Shown: in pieces, positions 1 to 10,528 of the stretch | Layout of the letters: each line of letters starts with the position of its first letter | How positions within the stretch are numbered: position 1 is the first letter of the stretch | From: Burkholderiales bacterium | GTDB taxonomy: Bacteria; Pseudomonadota; Gammaproteobacteria; Burkholderiales; SG8-39 | Assembly (NCBI GenBank): GCA_041558415.1 | Contig: JBFFEY010000007.1 | Location: 19,342 to 83,341 of the forward strand | Length of the DNA stretch: 64,000 bases | Reading direction: 5' to 3' | Made by a program: the position numbers and the translations under genes | The notes under the pieces: generated by a model | Seen by the model: only the letters and a program-made list of their open reading frames with translations | Databases searched by the model: none | What the model was told of the DNA's origin: nothing

Positions 1-68
1 GAGCTAGCCCCCACAAGCATGAGCGCGGAGGCGGCGATGCCGATAGCCGTTCGAAACCTGTGCACCAT
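1..68 (-). CDS. N-terminal fragment of a probable exported protein (runs off the left edge)
   Basis: ATG at 68 reads MVHRFRTAIGIAASALMLVGAS..., a basic N-region plus hydrophobic stretch like a signal peptide; preceded by a -10 and FNR-like box. Confidence 0.45.
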   Translation of the reverse strand, partial: MVHRFRTAIGIAASALMLVGAS

Positions 69-80
69 GTGCTCAAACCG

Positions 81-122
81 ATGCTACGGATCGCGCCCGG
101 GCGCGCAATTGATTTGCGTTAA
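81..122 (-). promoter_or_regulatory. FNR/CRP-family class II promoter: box TTAAC-GCAA-ATCAA (109-122) and -10 TAGCAT (81-86)
   Basis: One perfect half-site (TTGAT on the + strand); box centre 115.5 lies 41.5 bp from the start site (74) predicted from the -10. Confidence 0.5.
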
Positions 123-158
123 ACCCTCATAAACGGCGCGTCCGGCGCGGCAGCGCCC

Positions 159-605
159 TCAGCGCCCAGTGCTGCCGAAACCGCTGGCGCCGCGATCGGA
201 GGCCGCAAAAGCATCGACCACCTGCAACGCGACCTGCACCACCGGCACCACGACCAGCTGCGCGATGCGCTCGAGAGGTTCGATGGTGAACGCCGCGCGG
301 CCACGGTTCCAGGCGGAGACGAAGATCTGGCCCTGGTAGTCCGAGTCGATGAGCCCGACGAGGTTGCCGAGCACGATGCCGTGCTTCGCGCCCAGACCGG
401 AGCGCGGCAGCACCACCGCGGCGAGCGACGGATCGCCCAGATGGATCGCGATCCCCGAGGGCACCAGCTGGCTGTCCCCCGGCGCGAGCGTCAGCGGGGC
501 ATCGAGGCAGGCGCGCAGGTCGAGCCCCGCGGCGCCGGGCGAGGCGTAATGCGGCAACATGTCGCGGATGCGCGTGTCGAGGACGCGGACCTGCAGTGTC
601 CTCAC
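159..605 (-). CDS. dut: dUTP diphosphatase
   Basis: Motifs [37 protein letters not shown]; overlaps coaBC stop. Confidence 0.97.
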   Translation of the reverse strand: MRTLQVRVLDTRIRDMLPHYASPGAAGLDLRACLDAPLTLAPGDSQLVPSGIAIHLGDPSLAAVVLPRSGLGAKHGIVLGNLVGLIDSDYQGQIFVSAWNRGRAAFTIEPLERIAQLVVVPVVQVALQVVDAFAASDRGASGFGSTGR

Positions 606-1855
606 CGCGCCCTCGCCTTGCGGCGCTTGGCGGGGCGCGCCGCCCGCGACCTGCGGCGACGCCCGGCGCTCGCCAGCATCCCGGCCACGTGCAGCACGAG
701 CTTGCGCGCGAGCACCGGCTTCGCTGCGCGCCCGAGCGGGTGTGCGCCGCGCGCATCGTACAGAGTAAGGGCACTGTCTGCGGCGCCGAGCGCCTCCTGC
801 GCCAGGTTGGCCGCGATGAGCGGGATGCCCTTTTTTTCGCGCTTCGCTTTGGCATGCGCCGCGAGATTCTCGCTTTCCGCCGCAAAACCGACGCAGAAGG
901 GCGGCCGCGGCCGCGCCGCGACCCAGGCGAGGATATCCGGGTTCTCCTCCAGCTCGATGCGGCGCAGGGCGGCGGAACCCTTCTTGATCTTCTGCGCGGC
1001 CGGCTTCTTCACGCGGTAGTCGGCCACTGCGGCGACCGAAAAAAAGATGTCACAGGCGTCCACCACGCTTTTCACCGCCTCGAACATCTCGCGCGCCGTA
1101 CGCACGTTCACGCGCGCAACGCCGACCGGCGTCGGCAGCTGCACCGGACCGCTGACCAGCGTGACCTGCGCGCCAGCCTCGCGCGCCGCCTGCGCGATCG
1201 CATAGCCCATGCGGCCCGAGCTCAGGTTGGTCAGCACCCTGACCGGGTCGATCGGCTCCTCGGTCGGCCCCGCACTCACCAGCACGCGCTTGCCGGCGAG
1301 CAGCTTGGGCTGAAACGCCGCCTCGATTTCCTCGAGCAGCGCTTCCGGCTCGACCATCCGCCCCGGCCCGGTCTCGCCGCAGGCCTGGTCGCCCACGGCG
1401 GGCCCCACCACCAGGACGCCGTCACCACGCAGGGCGCGGACGTTGCGCTGCGTTGCCGGCTGCTCCCACATCTGCCGATTCATCGCCGGCGCAACCAGCA
1501 GCGGACACTCGCGCGCCAGCACCAGGCTCGAGAGCAGGTCGTCGGCGAGACCGAGTGCCGCCTTGGCGATGAAATCGGCGGTCGCCGGCGCGACCACGAT
1601 CAGCTCGCGATCGCGTGACAGCTCGATGTGCGCCATGTGATCGGGAACCGCGGGATCCCAAAGGTCGGTCCAGACCTTCTGCCCCGACAGCGCCTGCAGG
1701 GTCATCGGCGTGATGAAGCGCGTCGCCGCCTCGGTCATCACCACGCGCACGTCCATGCCGGCTCGCACCAGCAGGCGCGTGAGCGCCGCCGCCTTGTACG
1801 CGGCCACGCCGCCGGTGATGCCGAGCAGCACGCGCTTTGCCGGTGTCGCGCTCAT
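602..1855 (-). CDS. coaBC: Bifunctional phosphopantothenoylcysteine decarboxylase/synthase
   Basis: [44 protein letters not shown] motifs; dut-coaBC-radC synteny. Confidence 0.96.
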   Translation of the reverse strand: MSATPAKRVLLGITGGVAAYKAAALTRLLVRAGMDVRVVMTEAATRFITPMTLQALSGQKVWTDLWDPAVPDHMAHIELSRDRELIVVAPATADFIAKAALGLADDLLSSLVLARECPLLVAPAMNRQMWEQPATQRNVRALRGDGVLVVGPAVGDQACGETGPGRMVEPEALLEEIEAAFQPKLLAGKRVLVSAGPTEEPIDPVRVLTNLSSGRMGYAIAQAAREAGAQVTLVSGPVQLPTPVGVARVNVRTAREMFEAVKSVVDACDIFFSVAAVADYRVKKPAAQKIKKGSAALRRIELEENPDILAWVAARPRPPFCVGFAAESENLAAHAKAKREKKGIPLIAANLAQEALGAADSALTLYDARGAHPLGRAAKPVLARKLVLHVAGMLASAGRRRRSRAARPAKRRKARAR

Positions 1856-1953
1856 GTCATCCGCGGCGCGCCGGCAACGTTAGAACAGATGTCCGGCGGC
1901 GCATTAAGCGTTTGAACCATCGGAGAATTCTAGGGGAATTCGGGAGGCTGCGC

Positions 1954-2628
1954 ATGGCGATCCGGCACTGGCCCGAGGCCGAGCGGCCGCGCGAGCGGCT
2001 GCTCGCGCGGGGCGCGGCGTCGCTCAGCGATGCCGAGCTGCTTGCGGTGTGCCTGCGCAGCGGCGTCGCCGGGACAAGCGCGACCGAGCTCGCCCGCCAG
2101 CTGCTCGGGCAATTCGCAGGTCTGCGCGCGCTGCTGTCCGCCGACCCCTCCGCCCTGCGCAGGCACAGGGGGCTGGGCCCGGCGAAGGCTGCGCAGCTGG
2201 CCGCGGTCCTCGAGATCGCGCGACGCTGCCTGGCCGAAGAACTGGTCACCGGGCCGGTGCTCGGCGCCCCGGCCGCGGTGCGCGACTACCTGCGCCTGTC
2301 GCTCGGCGCCCGTCCGCATGAGGTCTTCGTCGCCCTGTTCCTCGACGCCCAGCACCGCGTGCTGCGCGTCGAGGAGTTGTTTCGCGGCACGCTCTCGCAG
2401 ACCAGCGTCTACCCGCGCGAAGTCGTCAAGGCCGCGCTCGCGGCGAACGCGGCGGCGGTGATCGTCGCGCACAACCACCCCTCGGGCATTGCCCAGCCGA
2501 GCCGCACCGACGAACTGCTGACGCGGCGGCTGAAGGACGCGCTGGCACTGGTCGACGTCAGGCTGCTCGACCATTTCGTGGTGGCCGCCAACCACGCCCT
2601 GTCCTTCGCCGAGCGTGGGCTGCTCTGA
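1954..2628 (+). CDS. radC: RadC/UPF0758 JAB-domain protein
   Basis: [16 protein letters not shown] start after GGGAGG; VYPREVVK and HNHPSG-x4-S-x2-D JAB motif. Confidence 0.93.
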   Translation: MAIRHWPEAERPRERLLARGAASLSDAELLAVCLRSGVAGTSATELARQLLGQFAGLRALLSADPSALRRHRGLGPAKAAQLAAVLEIARRCLAEELVTGPVLGAPAAVRDYLRLSLGARPHEVFVALFLDAQHRVLRVEELFRGTLSQTSVYPREVVKAALAANAAAVIVAHNHPSGIAQPSRTDELLTRRLKDALALVDVRLLDHFVVAANHALSFAERGLL

Positions 2629-2631
2629 AGC

Positions 2632-2661
2632 TTGAGCGGGCGCCTGAATTTCCCTTATAAT
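2632..2661 (+). promoter_or_regulatory. Sigma70 promoter of rpmB-rpmG
   Basis: TTGAGC-N18-TATAAT upstream of rpmB. Confidence 0.55.
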
Positions 2662-2707
2662 CCGGGCCTTTCCGCGCACCGCGGACCTACACGTTTCGGA
2701 GTATCCG

Positions 2708-2941
2708 ATGTCCAGAGAATGCCAGGTCACGGGCAAGAAGCCGATGGGAGGAAACAACGTTTCGCACGCGAATAACCGGACGCGTCGCGTGTTTCTGCCG
2801 AATTTGCACTACCGCCGTTTCTGGGTGGAGAGCGAGAATCGCTGGGTTCGCCTGCGCGTCTCGAGCGCGGGATTGCGGCGCATCGACAAGCTCGGCATCG
2901 AAGCCGTGCTGGCGGAAATCAAGGCGCGCAAGGCGGCCTGA
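2708..2941 (+). CDS. rpmB: 50S ribosomal protein L28
   Basis: [32 protein letters not shown] is typical L28. Confidence 0.97.
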   Translation: MSRECQVTGKKPMGGNNVSHANNRTRRVFLPNLHYRRFWVESENRWVRLRVSSAGLRRIDKLGIEAVLAEIKARKAA

Positions 2942-2954
2942 GGGAGACATTCAC

Positions 2955-3110
2955 ATGCGAGACAAGATCAAGCTCGAATCGACGGCCGGCACCGGCCACT
3001 TCTACACAACGACGAAGAACAAGCGCACGACGCCGGACAAGCTCGAGATCAAGAAATACGATCCGAAGGCGCGCAAGCACGTCGTCTACAAGGAAACCAA
3101 GCTGAAGTAG
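2955..3110 (+). CDS. rpmG: 50S ribosomal protein L33 (51 aa, absent from ORF track)
   Basis: Translated by hand: [51 protein letters not shown]; directly follows rpmB. Confidence 0.97.
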   Translation: MRDKIKLESTAGTGHFYTTTKNKRTTPDKLEIKKYDPKARKHVVYKETKLK

Positions 3111-3137
3111 CGCAGGCGCTTGACGGCGCCGCGCACC

Positions 3138-3171
3138 GAAAAAAAGCCCGCGCACGCGCGGGCTTTTTTTC
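3138..3171. terminator. Bidirectional intrinsic terminator
   Basis: A7-GCCCGCGC-AC-GCGCGGGC-T7 between convergent rpmG and desaturase. Confidence 0.9.
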
Positions 3172-3185
3172 GTCCGTGACGCCGC

Positions 3186-4355
3186 TCAGGCGTACGACCG
3201 CAGGCGCCGGGAAAAGTCGACCAGCGATGGAATGCCGCTCGTTTCGGCACGGTGGCACCAATCCTGCAACTGTCGGACCAGCTGCTCTTTCGACGCGTTC
3301 GAGCGCTCCCACAGGCCGACCAACTCCTGGCGCATCGCCAGCGCCGTTGCCAGCATGCGGGACTTCTTCAACGCGTCGCCGAGCCGCGCGCGCTCCGCTT
3401 CGGACAGCTGCTGCATCCTGAGCATTGCGTCGCGGAAGCGCTTCAGCGTCTGCGCTTCGCTCGACCAGTGGCCGAGCCTCTCGAGCTCCTGCGCGTAGAT
3501 GCGCTTCAGCGACTTTGCGTAGCGCGACAGCACGTCGTAGCGGTTGGTGATGACCGCCTGCAGCGTCTGCGCATCCGCGGTCGGCTTCGGTTCGGCAAAG
3601 CGCGGCGTCGGTGCCACTTTCTTCACCTTCGCCAGACCGAGGGCGGACAGGATCTGGATATAAAGCCAGCCGATGTCGAACTCGTACCACTTGTTCGACA
3701 GCTTCGCCGACGCGGCGAAGGCATGGTGGTTGTTGTGCAGTTCCTCGCCACCGATGAGGATGCCCCAGGGCACGATATTCTTGCTCGCGTCGGCGCAATC
3801 GTAATTGCGGTAGCCGAAATAGTGCCCGATGCCGTTAATCACACCCGCTGCCCAGAACGGGATCCAGACGATCTGGGTGAGCAAAATGAGCAGACCCGGA
3901 ACGATGCCAAACAGCATGATGTCGGTGACGCCCATGAGCGTGATGCCGAGAACCTGAAAGCGGGCGTAAAGGTTGCGCTCCAGCCAGTCGTCGGGCGTGC
4001 CATGGCCGTAGCGCTCCATGGTCTCGGCGTTATGCGATTCCTTGACGTAGAGGAAGACGCCACCCCAGAGCACGCGGTTGATGCCGACGATTTGCGGGCT
4101 GTGCGGGTCTTCCGGCGTTTCGCACTTGGCGTGGTGCTTGCGATGGATCGCGGCCCATTCCTTGGTCACCATGCCGGTGGTCAGCCAGAGCCAGAAGCGG
4201 AAGAAATGCGAGGCGATCGGATGCAGGTCCAGCGCACGGTGCGCCTGGCAGCGGTGCAGGTAGATCGTCACCGAGGCGATGGTCACGTGCGTCAGGCCGA
4301 GCGCGGCGAGCGCATAACCCCACCACGGCAGGTCAAAAACTCCGTAAAACAACAT
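3186..4355 (-). CDS. Acyl-CoA delta-9 fatty acid desaturase (DesA-like)
   Basis: His boxes HRCQAH, HRKHH, HNNHH; transmembrane segments. Confidence 0.92.
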   Translation of the reverse strand: MLFYGVFDLPWWGYALAALGLTHVTIASVTIYLHRCQAHRALDLHPIASHFFRFWLWLTTGMVTKEWAAIHRKHHAKCETPEDPHSPQIVGINRVLWGGVFLYVKESHNAETMERYGHGTPDDWLERNLYARFQVLGITLMGVTDIMLFGIVPGLLILLTQIVWIPFWAAGVINGIGHYFGYRNYDCADASKNIVPWGILIGGEELHNNHHAFAASAKLSNKWYEFDIGWLYIQILSALGLAKVKKVAPTPRFAEPKPTADAQTLQAVITNRYDVLSRYAKSLKRIYAQELERLGHWSSEAQTLKRFRDAMLRMQQLSEAERARLGDALKKSRMLATALAMRQELVGLWERSNASKEQLVRQLQDWCHRAETSGIPSLVDFSRRLRSYA

Positions 4356-4592
4356 GTTGGATGGATTCTCGCGAAGACAAAATTGCCCTGCATTCTACGC
4401 GAATCACCCTGCGCCGCGAACTCCTATTTGACACAGGGTTCGCCGCGCCCTTTTGTGCGCCCGCGCTAAGCCGTTCGTGGCAAAGGCTTTCTTGCACGGT
4501 CAAGCACCGGCCTCTGGGATAATGCGAACCGTTCCGCCAAGGACGCCGCAACCGGTCGCAGTCCGGCAGGACACATCGGCCACCCGCACGTC

Positions 4593-5357
4593 ATGATCGA
4601 ACTGCTGACTGACCCGCAGGCCTGGATCGCCTTCGCCACGCTCACCGCGCTCGAGCTGGTGCTGGGCATCGACAACATCATCTTCATCTCGATCCTGGTC
4701 GACAAGCTGCCGCGCGCGCAGCGCGAATTCGCGCGCCGCATAGGGCTGTTCGGCGCCATGTTCATGCGCATCGGCCTGCTGTTGGTGCTGGCATGGATCA
4801 TCGGCCTGACGGCCCCGTTGTTCAGCGTGCTGGGCGAGCAGATTTCCGGTCGCGACCTGATTCTCATCGGCGGCGGCCTGTTCCTGCTATGGAAAAGCGT
4901 CGGCGAAATCCACCAGCTGCTCGAAGGCGCCGAGGGCGAGCGTTCCGCCAAGGTGCGCGGCACCTTCGGCGCCGTCATCGCGCAGGTCATGGTGGTCGAC
5001 CTGGTGTTCTCGCTCGACTCGATCATCACGGCGGTCGGCATGGTGCGCGAGATCGAAATCATGGTCGCTGCGGTGGTCGCCTCGGTCGGCCTGATGATGG
5101 TGTTCGCGGGGCCGATCGGGCGCTTCGTCTCCGATCACCCGACGATCAAGATGCTGGCCCTCGCCTTCCTCGTCGTCGTCGGCGTGGTGCTGATCGCCCA
5201 GGGCTTCGATCATGACGTGCCGAAGGGCTACGTCTATTTCGCCATGGCGTTCTCGGTGACCGTCGAGATGCTCAACCTGCGCCTGCGCAAGCGCCGCGCG
5301 GTCGAGCCGGTACACCTGCACAAACCCTACACGGAGCCCAAGCGCGAACAGGAGTAG
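4593..5357 (+). CDS. TerC family integral membrane protein
   Basis: LELVLGIDNIIFISIL and DLVFSLDSIITAVG motifs. Confidence 0.92.
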   Translation: MIELLTDPQAWIAFATLTALELVLGIDNIIFISILVDKLPRAQREFARRIGLFGAMFMRIGLLLVLAWIIGLTAPLFSVLGEQISGRDLILIGGGLFLLWKSVGEIHQLLEGAEGERSAKVRGTFGAVIAQVMVVDLVFSLDSIITAVGMVREIEIMVAAVVASVGLMMVFAGPIGRFVSDHPTIKMLALAFLVVVGVVLIAQGFDHDVPKGYVYFAMAFSVTVEMLNLRLRKRRAVEPVHLHKPYTEPKREQE

Positions 5358-5368
5358 GCTGCGCGCCG

Positions 5369-6622
5369 CTAGCCGCGTTCGAACGCGGCAGCGAAGAAGC
5401 CGTCGGTGCCGTGCGCATGCGGCCACAGCCGCAGCTGCGCCCCGGTATCGAGCGCGACGCGCTGCGCGGCGAGCAGCTCACCGCAGTGCAGCGCACGAAA
5501 CCCGGCAACCTCCCGCTGGAAGCGCTCGACCACCGCCTCGTTCTCTTCGCCGAGGATGCTGCAGGTCGCGTAGACCAGCCGCCCGCCGGGCTTCACCAGC
5601 CGCGCCGCCGCCGCGAGGATGGCGCCCTGCTTCTGCGCCAGCTGCGCCACTGCGGCAGCGTCATGCCGCCACTTCAGGTCGGGATTGCGGCGCAGCGTGC
5701 CAAAGCCGCTGCAAGGCGCGTCCACCAGCACGCGATCCATCTTCCCCGCCAGCCGCTTGGCGCGCGCATCCGCGGCACCCGAAAGGGCGATGCTGTGCAC
5801 GTTCGAAACGCCGGCGCGCGCCGCTCGGGGCGCGAGCGCCATGAGGCGGCGCGCCGACACGTCCATCGCGTAGACGCGCCCCGTGCCGCGCATCAGCATC
5901 GCCAGCGCGAGTGTCTTGCCGCCGGCGCCGGCACAGTAGTCGGCGACCATCTCGCCGCGGCGCGGCGCGAGCAGGTAGGCGAGCAGCTGGCTGCCCTCGT
6001 CCTGCACTTCGATTGCGCCCTGCGCGAACAGCGCGTGGCGGTTGATCGCGGGCTTCTCCGCGAGGCGGATGCCGGCCGGCGAATACGGCGTCGCGCGCCC
6101 CTCGATGCCGTCCTGCGCGAGTCGGGCGAGGGCCGACGCGCGGTCGATCTTCGCCAGGTTCACGCGCAGATCGAGCGGCGCCGGATTGAGCAGGCCCTGC
6201 GCAATGCGCATCGCTTCCTCCTCGCCGGCCGCATCGGCGAGTCGCACCCAGAGCCAGTCGGGCAGGTCGGCACGCACCGCCGCCGGCAGCGGCGTCGCCT
6301 GCGCGCGTCGCGCGCGTTCCGCGACTCCGCGGTCCTCCGGCGAAAGCCGGTCGTCGAGCGCGCGCAGCGACAGGCCCTGGACGCGCAGCAGCGCGGCGAG
6401 CAACAGCGCCCGCGGCTGCGCGCTGCCCGCGACCGCCTCGAGCGAGCGCTTGCGGCGCAGCACGGCGAACGTGGTCTCCGCGATGAACGCGCGGTCGCGC
6501 TGGCCAAGCGTGCGGTGGCCGCGAAAGTAGCGCGACACCGCCTGATCGGCCGGCGTGGAGAACGTCAGCAGCTCGGCGAGCAGTGCTTCGGCATGGCGCA
6601 GCAGCGCAGCGTGCAGCTTCAC
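5369..6622 (-). CDS. RsmB/NOL1/NOP2 family RNA m5C methyltransferase
   Basis: VQDEGSQ, DYCAGAGGKT, DAPCSG, YATCS motifs. Confidence 0.93.
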   Translation of the reverse strand: MKLHAALLRHAEALLAELLTFSTPADQAVSRYFRGHRTLGQRDRAFIAETTFAVLRRKRSLEAVAGSAQPRALLLAALLRVQGLSLRALDDRLSPEDRGVAERARRAQATPLPAAVRADLPDWLWVRLADAAGEEEAMRIAQGLLNPAPLDLRVNLAKIDRASALARLAQDGIEGRATPYSPAGIRLAEKPAINRHALFAQGAIEVQDEGSQLLAYLLAPRRGEMVADYCAGAGGKTLALAMLMRGTGRVYAMDVSARRLMALAPRAARAGVSNVHSIALSGAADARAKRLAGKMDRVLVDAPCSGFGTLRRNPDLKWRHDAAAVAQLAQKQGAILAAAARLVKPGGRLVYATCSILGEENEAVVERFQREVAGFRALHCGELLAAQRVALDTGAQLRLWPHAHGTDGFFAAAFERG

Positions 6623-6670
6623 CTCGGCGGCTCGATCAGTCGCGTGCGAGGCGCAAACGCGCCGCGCGGC

Positions 6671-7765
6671 TCACCACTTGACCTTCATGCTGGCGAGCAC
6701 CTGCTCCGCCTCGCGGCCGCGCTTGTCGCGCAGCCGCAGGCGGGCCGGCAGATAGCCGAAGTCCGGTGCCAGCCAGAGCTGCACGATGACGCCGCGTCCC
6801 AGGTCGCTGCGCACGCGCACCGTCTCCATCGGTCCGAGCTCGGTTGTTACCGTCTCGCGTCCCACCACCTCGATGCGCGCCGTCTGCATGTGGCGTCCGT
6901 CGGTCACCTGCAGCGCAGGCGGCGCGCCACTCTCCATCAGGAACGCGATCTGGTGCAGCGCCGAAAGCTGGTCCTGCGCGCCGGCCTGCAGCGCAACCTC
7001 GCGCGAGCCCTTCTCGTCGGTCAGCGTTGCGCGCAGCGCCTGCCAGTCGAAGTGCGCCCGCTCCACGCGCTCGCGGCGGCCGCGACGCACCATGAAGGTC
7101 TCGGGCTGGAACCCGTCGGCGGTCTGGCGCCCTTCGCTGCGCTGCAGGTAACGGCCCTTGATGAAAAACGACGCGACGCCGATGGCATCGATCGCCGTGC
7201 GGATGCGGTAGCGTTCGCCGTCGCGCTCGAAGCGGTACACCAACCAGCCGAGCACCGTCCGGCCCTCGGCCTCGAGGACGCTGTACTCGAGCTCCAGTGC
7301 CTGCGGAAACATGCGCGCCACGGCCTGCGCCGCCGACGCCGCATTCGTCGCGGCGCCGGAGGAAGCAAGGTCATCACCGTCGGGTCCGGGCGGCACCGGC
7401 AGGTACTCCGCCTGGATGATTCGAGGCTGCGGCTGCGCAGGCGTTGCCGCAACCGGCGCCGTTTTCGCGCGCGCCTGGGTGATCTTCTTTTCGGCAGCGG
7501 CTTTTCGCCGTGGCGCGGCGGCCGCGTCGAAAACCTCGGGCGTCAGCGCAGCGGCTGCGTCTGCTGCCGGTTTCTGCGTCGCGGCCTCGGGCCTGAGGCT
7601 TGCGAAGCGCACGTCGACATGCGGCCAGTCCGCGCGCGGCAGTGGTTCAGCCTCCGGCAGCTCAATCACCGCCAGGATCCCGACGTGCGCGACCGCCGAC
7701 AGCATGCCGGCCCAGACGATGCGGCGCAGCAATGCGCGCCGCTCCACGCGTGCCCAGCGCATCAT
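6671..7765 (-). CDS. DUF3108-like membrane-anchored protein
   Basis: N-terminal TM, Ala/Pro linker, C-terminal domain with QDQLS and WLAPDFGYLP; purN-DUF3108-rsmB arrangement. Confidence 0.75.
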   Translation of the reverse strand: MMRWARVERRALLRRIVWAGMLSAVAHVGILAVIELPEAEPLPRADWPHVDVRFASLRPEAATQKPAADAAAALTPEVFDAAAAPRRKAAAEKKITQARAKTAPVAATPAQPQPRIIQAEYLPVPPGPDGDDLASSGAATNAASAAQAVARMFPQALELEYSVLEAEGRTVLGWLVYRFERDGERYRIRTAIDAIGVASFFIKGRYLQRSEGRQTADGFQPETFMVRRGRRERVERAHFDWQALRATLTDEKGSREVALQAGAQDQLSALHQIAFLMESGAPPALQVTDGRHMQTARIEVVGRETVTTELGPMETVRVRSDLGRGVIVQLWLAPDFGYLPARLRLRDKRGREAEQVLASMKVKW

Positions 7766-8391
7766 CGCTCCGGGTCGGGCGAGAACAGTACGCCGTCCGG
7801 CCGGTCGAGGTCGCGGCCGATCACGCGCTGGCCCTCCACGCGCAAGCGTCCCTCCAGAAACCAGCGCACCGCTGCCGGATAAATCGCGTGCTCGGCCTCG
7901 AGCACGCGCGCTGCGAGCGTTTCCTCGGTGTCATCGGCGAGAACCGGGACTGCAGCCTGTACGACCATCGGCCCGTGGTCGAGTTCCGCTGTAACAAAAT
8001 GTACACTGCAGCCGTGCAGCTTCACGCCCGCCTCCAGTGCACGCGCGTGCGTGTCGAGGCCGGGAAACGCCGGCAGCAGCGAGGGATGGATGTTCATCAC
8101 GCGCCCTTCGAAGCGCTGCACGAAAACCGGCGTCAGGATGCGCATGAATCCGGCGAGCGCAATCAGGTGCGGCTTGAAGCCTTGCGCTACATCGCCGAGC
8201 GCCTGGTCGAAGGCTTCGCGCGTCGCGAAGGCTCTGTGCTCGACGACGCGCGTCGCAACGCCACGCGCCGACGCGATCTCGAGCCCCTTGGCGTCGGCGC
8301 GATTGCTGATCACCGCGCTGACCGGCAGGCCCGCGTCGAGCAGCGCCTGCATGTTGCTGCCGCGGCCCGATATCAGGACGACCACCGACAT
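7762..8391 (-). CDS. purN: Phosphoribosylglycinamide formyltransferase
   Basis: ISGRGSNMQAL, LAGFMRIL, NIHPSLLPAFPG, GCSVHFV motifs. Confidence 0.97.
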   Translation of the reverse strand: MSVVVLISGRGSNMQALLDAGLPVSAVISNRADAKGLEIASARGVATRVVEHRAFATREAFDQALGDVAQGFKPHLIALAGFMRILTPVFVQRFEGRVMNIHPSLLPAFPGLDTHARALEAGVKLHGCSVHFVTAELDHGPMVVQAAVPVLADDTEETLAARVLEAEHAIYPAAVRWFLEGRLRVEGQRVIGRDLDRPDGVLFSPDPER

Positions 8392-8433
8392 GGCGAAGCG
8401 AAGTCTAGCAGCCCTCTCCGGCAGTTCCCTGCG

Positions 8434-9324
8434 TCAGTAGATTCGGCGCACCCGGAAGCCGTCGTCCTCGAGCAGCGCGAGCACGCCGCGGGCGCCCTGC
8501 AGGTGCAGCGCACCGAGCGCGACGAACGCGCGGCCCCGGCGCAACTCGCGCTGCATGCGGAACGCCATCACCACGCTGCGATCGAAGATAACGCGCTTGA
8601 CGAACACCGCGTCGTGGGCGGCGATCTGCGGATGACGCTGCACGAAGTCCTGGTGCACGCGCCAGATCGCGTCAAGGTCGCGCGCCAGGTAGGCCTCCAG
8701 CGTGCGCTTGCTCATCGACACCAGCTCATCGTGGTGGTCCAATGCGTGGCGCAGCAAAGCGATCTGTGACGCCAGCGGAAACTCGTCGAACGTGAAGATC
8801 TGCTCTTCGACACTTTCCATGGCCTGCAGCGCGAGGCGCCGCGCCCGCGCGCGCAGGTAGAGCTGCTCATCGAGCGTCGGCCCGGCACCCGGGCGAGCCC
8901 CGCGGGGGTTGCGCAGGTTGACGAGCACGCCCCAGGGCTTCAGCCGGCTGATGAAATCGCGCGGCAATCCGGCAGGCGCCAGACGCTCGAGGACGCGCCC
9001 GAAATCGCGCACGCCGATCATCGTCTCGAGCGACTGTCCCTCGGGCAGCAGCGCCGCCTCGAGGAAGCGCTGGCGCGTGTAGCCGTCCGCGGATAACTCC
9101 ACCATCAGGCTGCGCGCTGCATCGAAGGCCCGCGCAACCGGCGCCGGCAATGCGGCGAGGCGGGGATCGGCGACGTGAATGGTGCCGAAGAGATAATTCG
9201 CAGGCTGGTCGCGATAGTCGATGCGCCACAACAGGCCGTGCGAGAAACGCACCTCGCCGGCCGCGCGCGCCCACGCCGGCGTCAATAGCAGCGGCGCGAG
9301 CGCGAAGAAGGCGCGCCGCTTCAC
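8434..9324 (-). CDS. TraB/GumN family exported protein
   Basis: Signal peptide (MKRRAFF...), LLWRI, YLFGTIH, FVALGALHL motifs. Confidence 0.88.
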   Translation of the reverse strand: MKRRAFFALAPLLLTPAWARAAGEVRFSHGLLWRIDYRDQPANYLFGTIHVADPRLAALPAPVARAFDAARSLMVELSADGYTRQRFLEAALLPEGQSLETMIGVRDFGRVLERLAPAGLPRDFISRLKPWGVLVNLRNPRGARPGAGPTLDEQLYLRARARRLALQAMESVEEQIFTFDEFPLASQIALLRHALDHHDELVSMSKRTLEAYLARDLDAIWRVHQDFVQRHPQIAAHDAVFVKRVIFDRSVVMAFRMQRELRRGRAFVALGALHLQGARGVLALLEDDGFRVRRIY

Positions 9325-9367
9325 CGGAGACCCTCAGCGCCTGTGCGCCACATTCGGCAATTGCACG

Positions 9368-10066
9368 TCAGGGCAGGTCGAACAGCAGCGCTTCGGCCTG
9401 CGTGCCCTGCTCGAGCACGATCTCCGCCACGTCGGTCGCCTTCAACGCGTCACCGGTGCCGAGCGCCTGACCGTTGGCGCGCAGGCTGCCGCGCGCCACG
9501 TGCAGGTAGGCCCGCCGGCCCGGCGCGAGCGTGTGCGCGACGCGCTCCGCGCCGTCGAGCAGGGTGGCATAGACGTAGGCATCCTGGTGGATCGTGACCG
9601 AGCCGTCGCGCCCGTCGGGCGAGGCCACCAGGCGCAGCCGCCCGCGTTTCTCCGCCGGCGCGTAACGCTTTTGCTCGTAGCCCGGGTCGATGCCGCGCAG
9701 GCTCGGCTCGATCCAGATCTGCAGGAAGTGGGTCTCGCCCGCGGGTTCGTGGTTGAACTCGCTGTGCATCACGCCGCGCCCGGCGCTCATGCGCTGCACG
9801 TCGCCCGGCACGATGGCCGAGCCGTTGCCCATCGAATCCTTGTGCGCCAGCGCGCCCTCCAGCACGTAACTGATGATTTCCATGTCGCGGTGCCCGTGCG
9901 CGCCGAAGCCCATGCCGGGCTGGATGCGGTCCTCGTTGATCACACGCAGCGCACCGAAACCCATATGCTGCGGATCGTAGTAATCGGCGAAGGAAAAGCT
10001 GTGCCAGGAGTCGAGCCAGCCGTGGTTGGCGTGGCCGCGTTCGTTCGCTCTGCGAATCTCAAGCAT
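9368..10066 (-). CDS. Pirin family protein (YhhW-like)
   Basis: HSFSFADYYDP, HGHRDMEI, MSAGRGVMHSE motifs. Confidence 0.93.
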   Translation of the reverse strand: MLEIRRANERGHANHGWLDSWHSFSFADYYDPQHMGFGALRVINEDRIQPGMGFGAHGHRDMEIISYVLEGALAHKDSMGNGSAIVPGDVQRMSAGRGVMHSEFNHEPAGETHFLQIWIEPSLRGIDPGYEQKRYAPAEKRGRLRLVASPDGRDGSVTIHQDAYVYATLLDGAERVAHTLAPGRRAYLHVARGSLRANGQALGTGDALKATDVAEIVLEQGTQAEALLFDLP

Positions 10067-10085
10067 CTCGGCGCCTTCGACGACG

Positions 10086-10463
10086 TCAGGCCTGCGCGTC
10101 TGCGTCGCCGCGCGCGGCGATCTCCTTGTGCACTTCGGCCATGTCGAGCGCCTTGGCCTGCGTGATGACGCTCTCCAGCTCGGAGGCCGGCAGCGCGCCG
10201 GGCTGCTGGAACAGGATTACCTTCTCGCGGAACACCATCAGGGTCGGGATCGAGCGGATGTTGAACGCCGCGGCGATCTCCTGCTCCTCGTCCGTGTTCA
10301 GCTTGGCGAACACCACGTCACCGTGCGTCGCGGAGGCCTGCTCGTAGATCGGCGCGAACCCCTTGCACGGACCGCACCACGGCGCCCAGAAATCGACGAT
10401 CACCATCGTGTTGTCGCTGATCGTCGACTCGAAGTTTTCCTTGTTCAGCTCGACTGTCGCCAT
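10086..10463 (-). CDS. Thioredoxin
   Basis: DFWAPWCGPCK and SIPT; start at ATG 10463 after GGGG. Confidence 0.93.
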   Translation of the reverse strand: MATVELNKENFESTISDNTMVIVDFWAPWCGPCKGFAPIYEQASATHGDVVFAKLNTDEEQEIAAAFNIRSIPTLMVFREKVILFQQPGALPASELESVITQAKALDMAEVHKEIAARGDADAQA

Positions 10464-10528
10464 GGTCGCCCCCGATCGAGAAACTGGCACTATACGCGGC
10501 TTCGTCGCCGCTTTTCCCTGGAACTGAC

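Noticed and set aside
1954-2628. radC as a mobile-element marker
   Set aside because: It sits in the conserved chromosomal coaBC-radC-rpmB-rpmG context.
4356-4592. yybP-ykoY (Mn) riboswitch upstream of the TerC gene
   Set aside because: No GGGGAGTAG or other conserved core visible; the region holds divergent promoter-like elements only.
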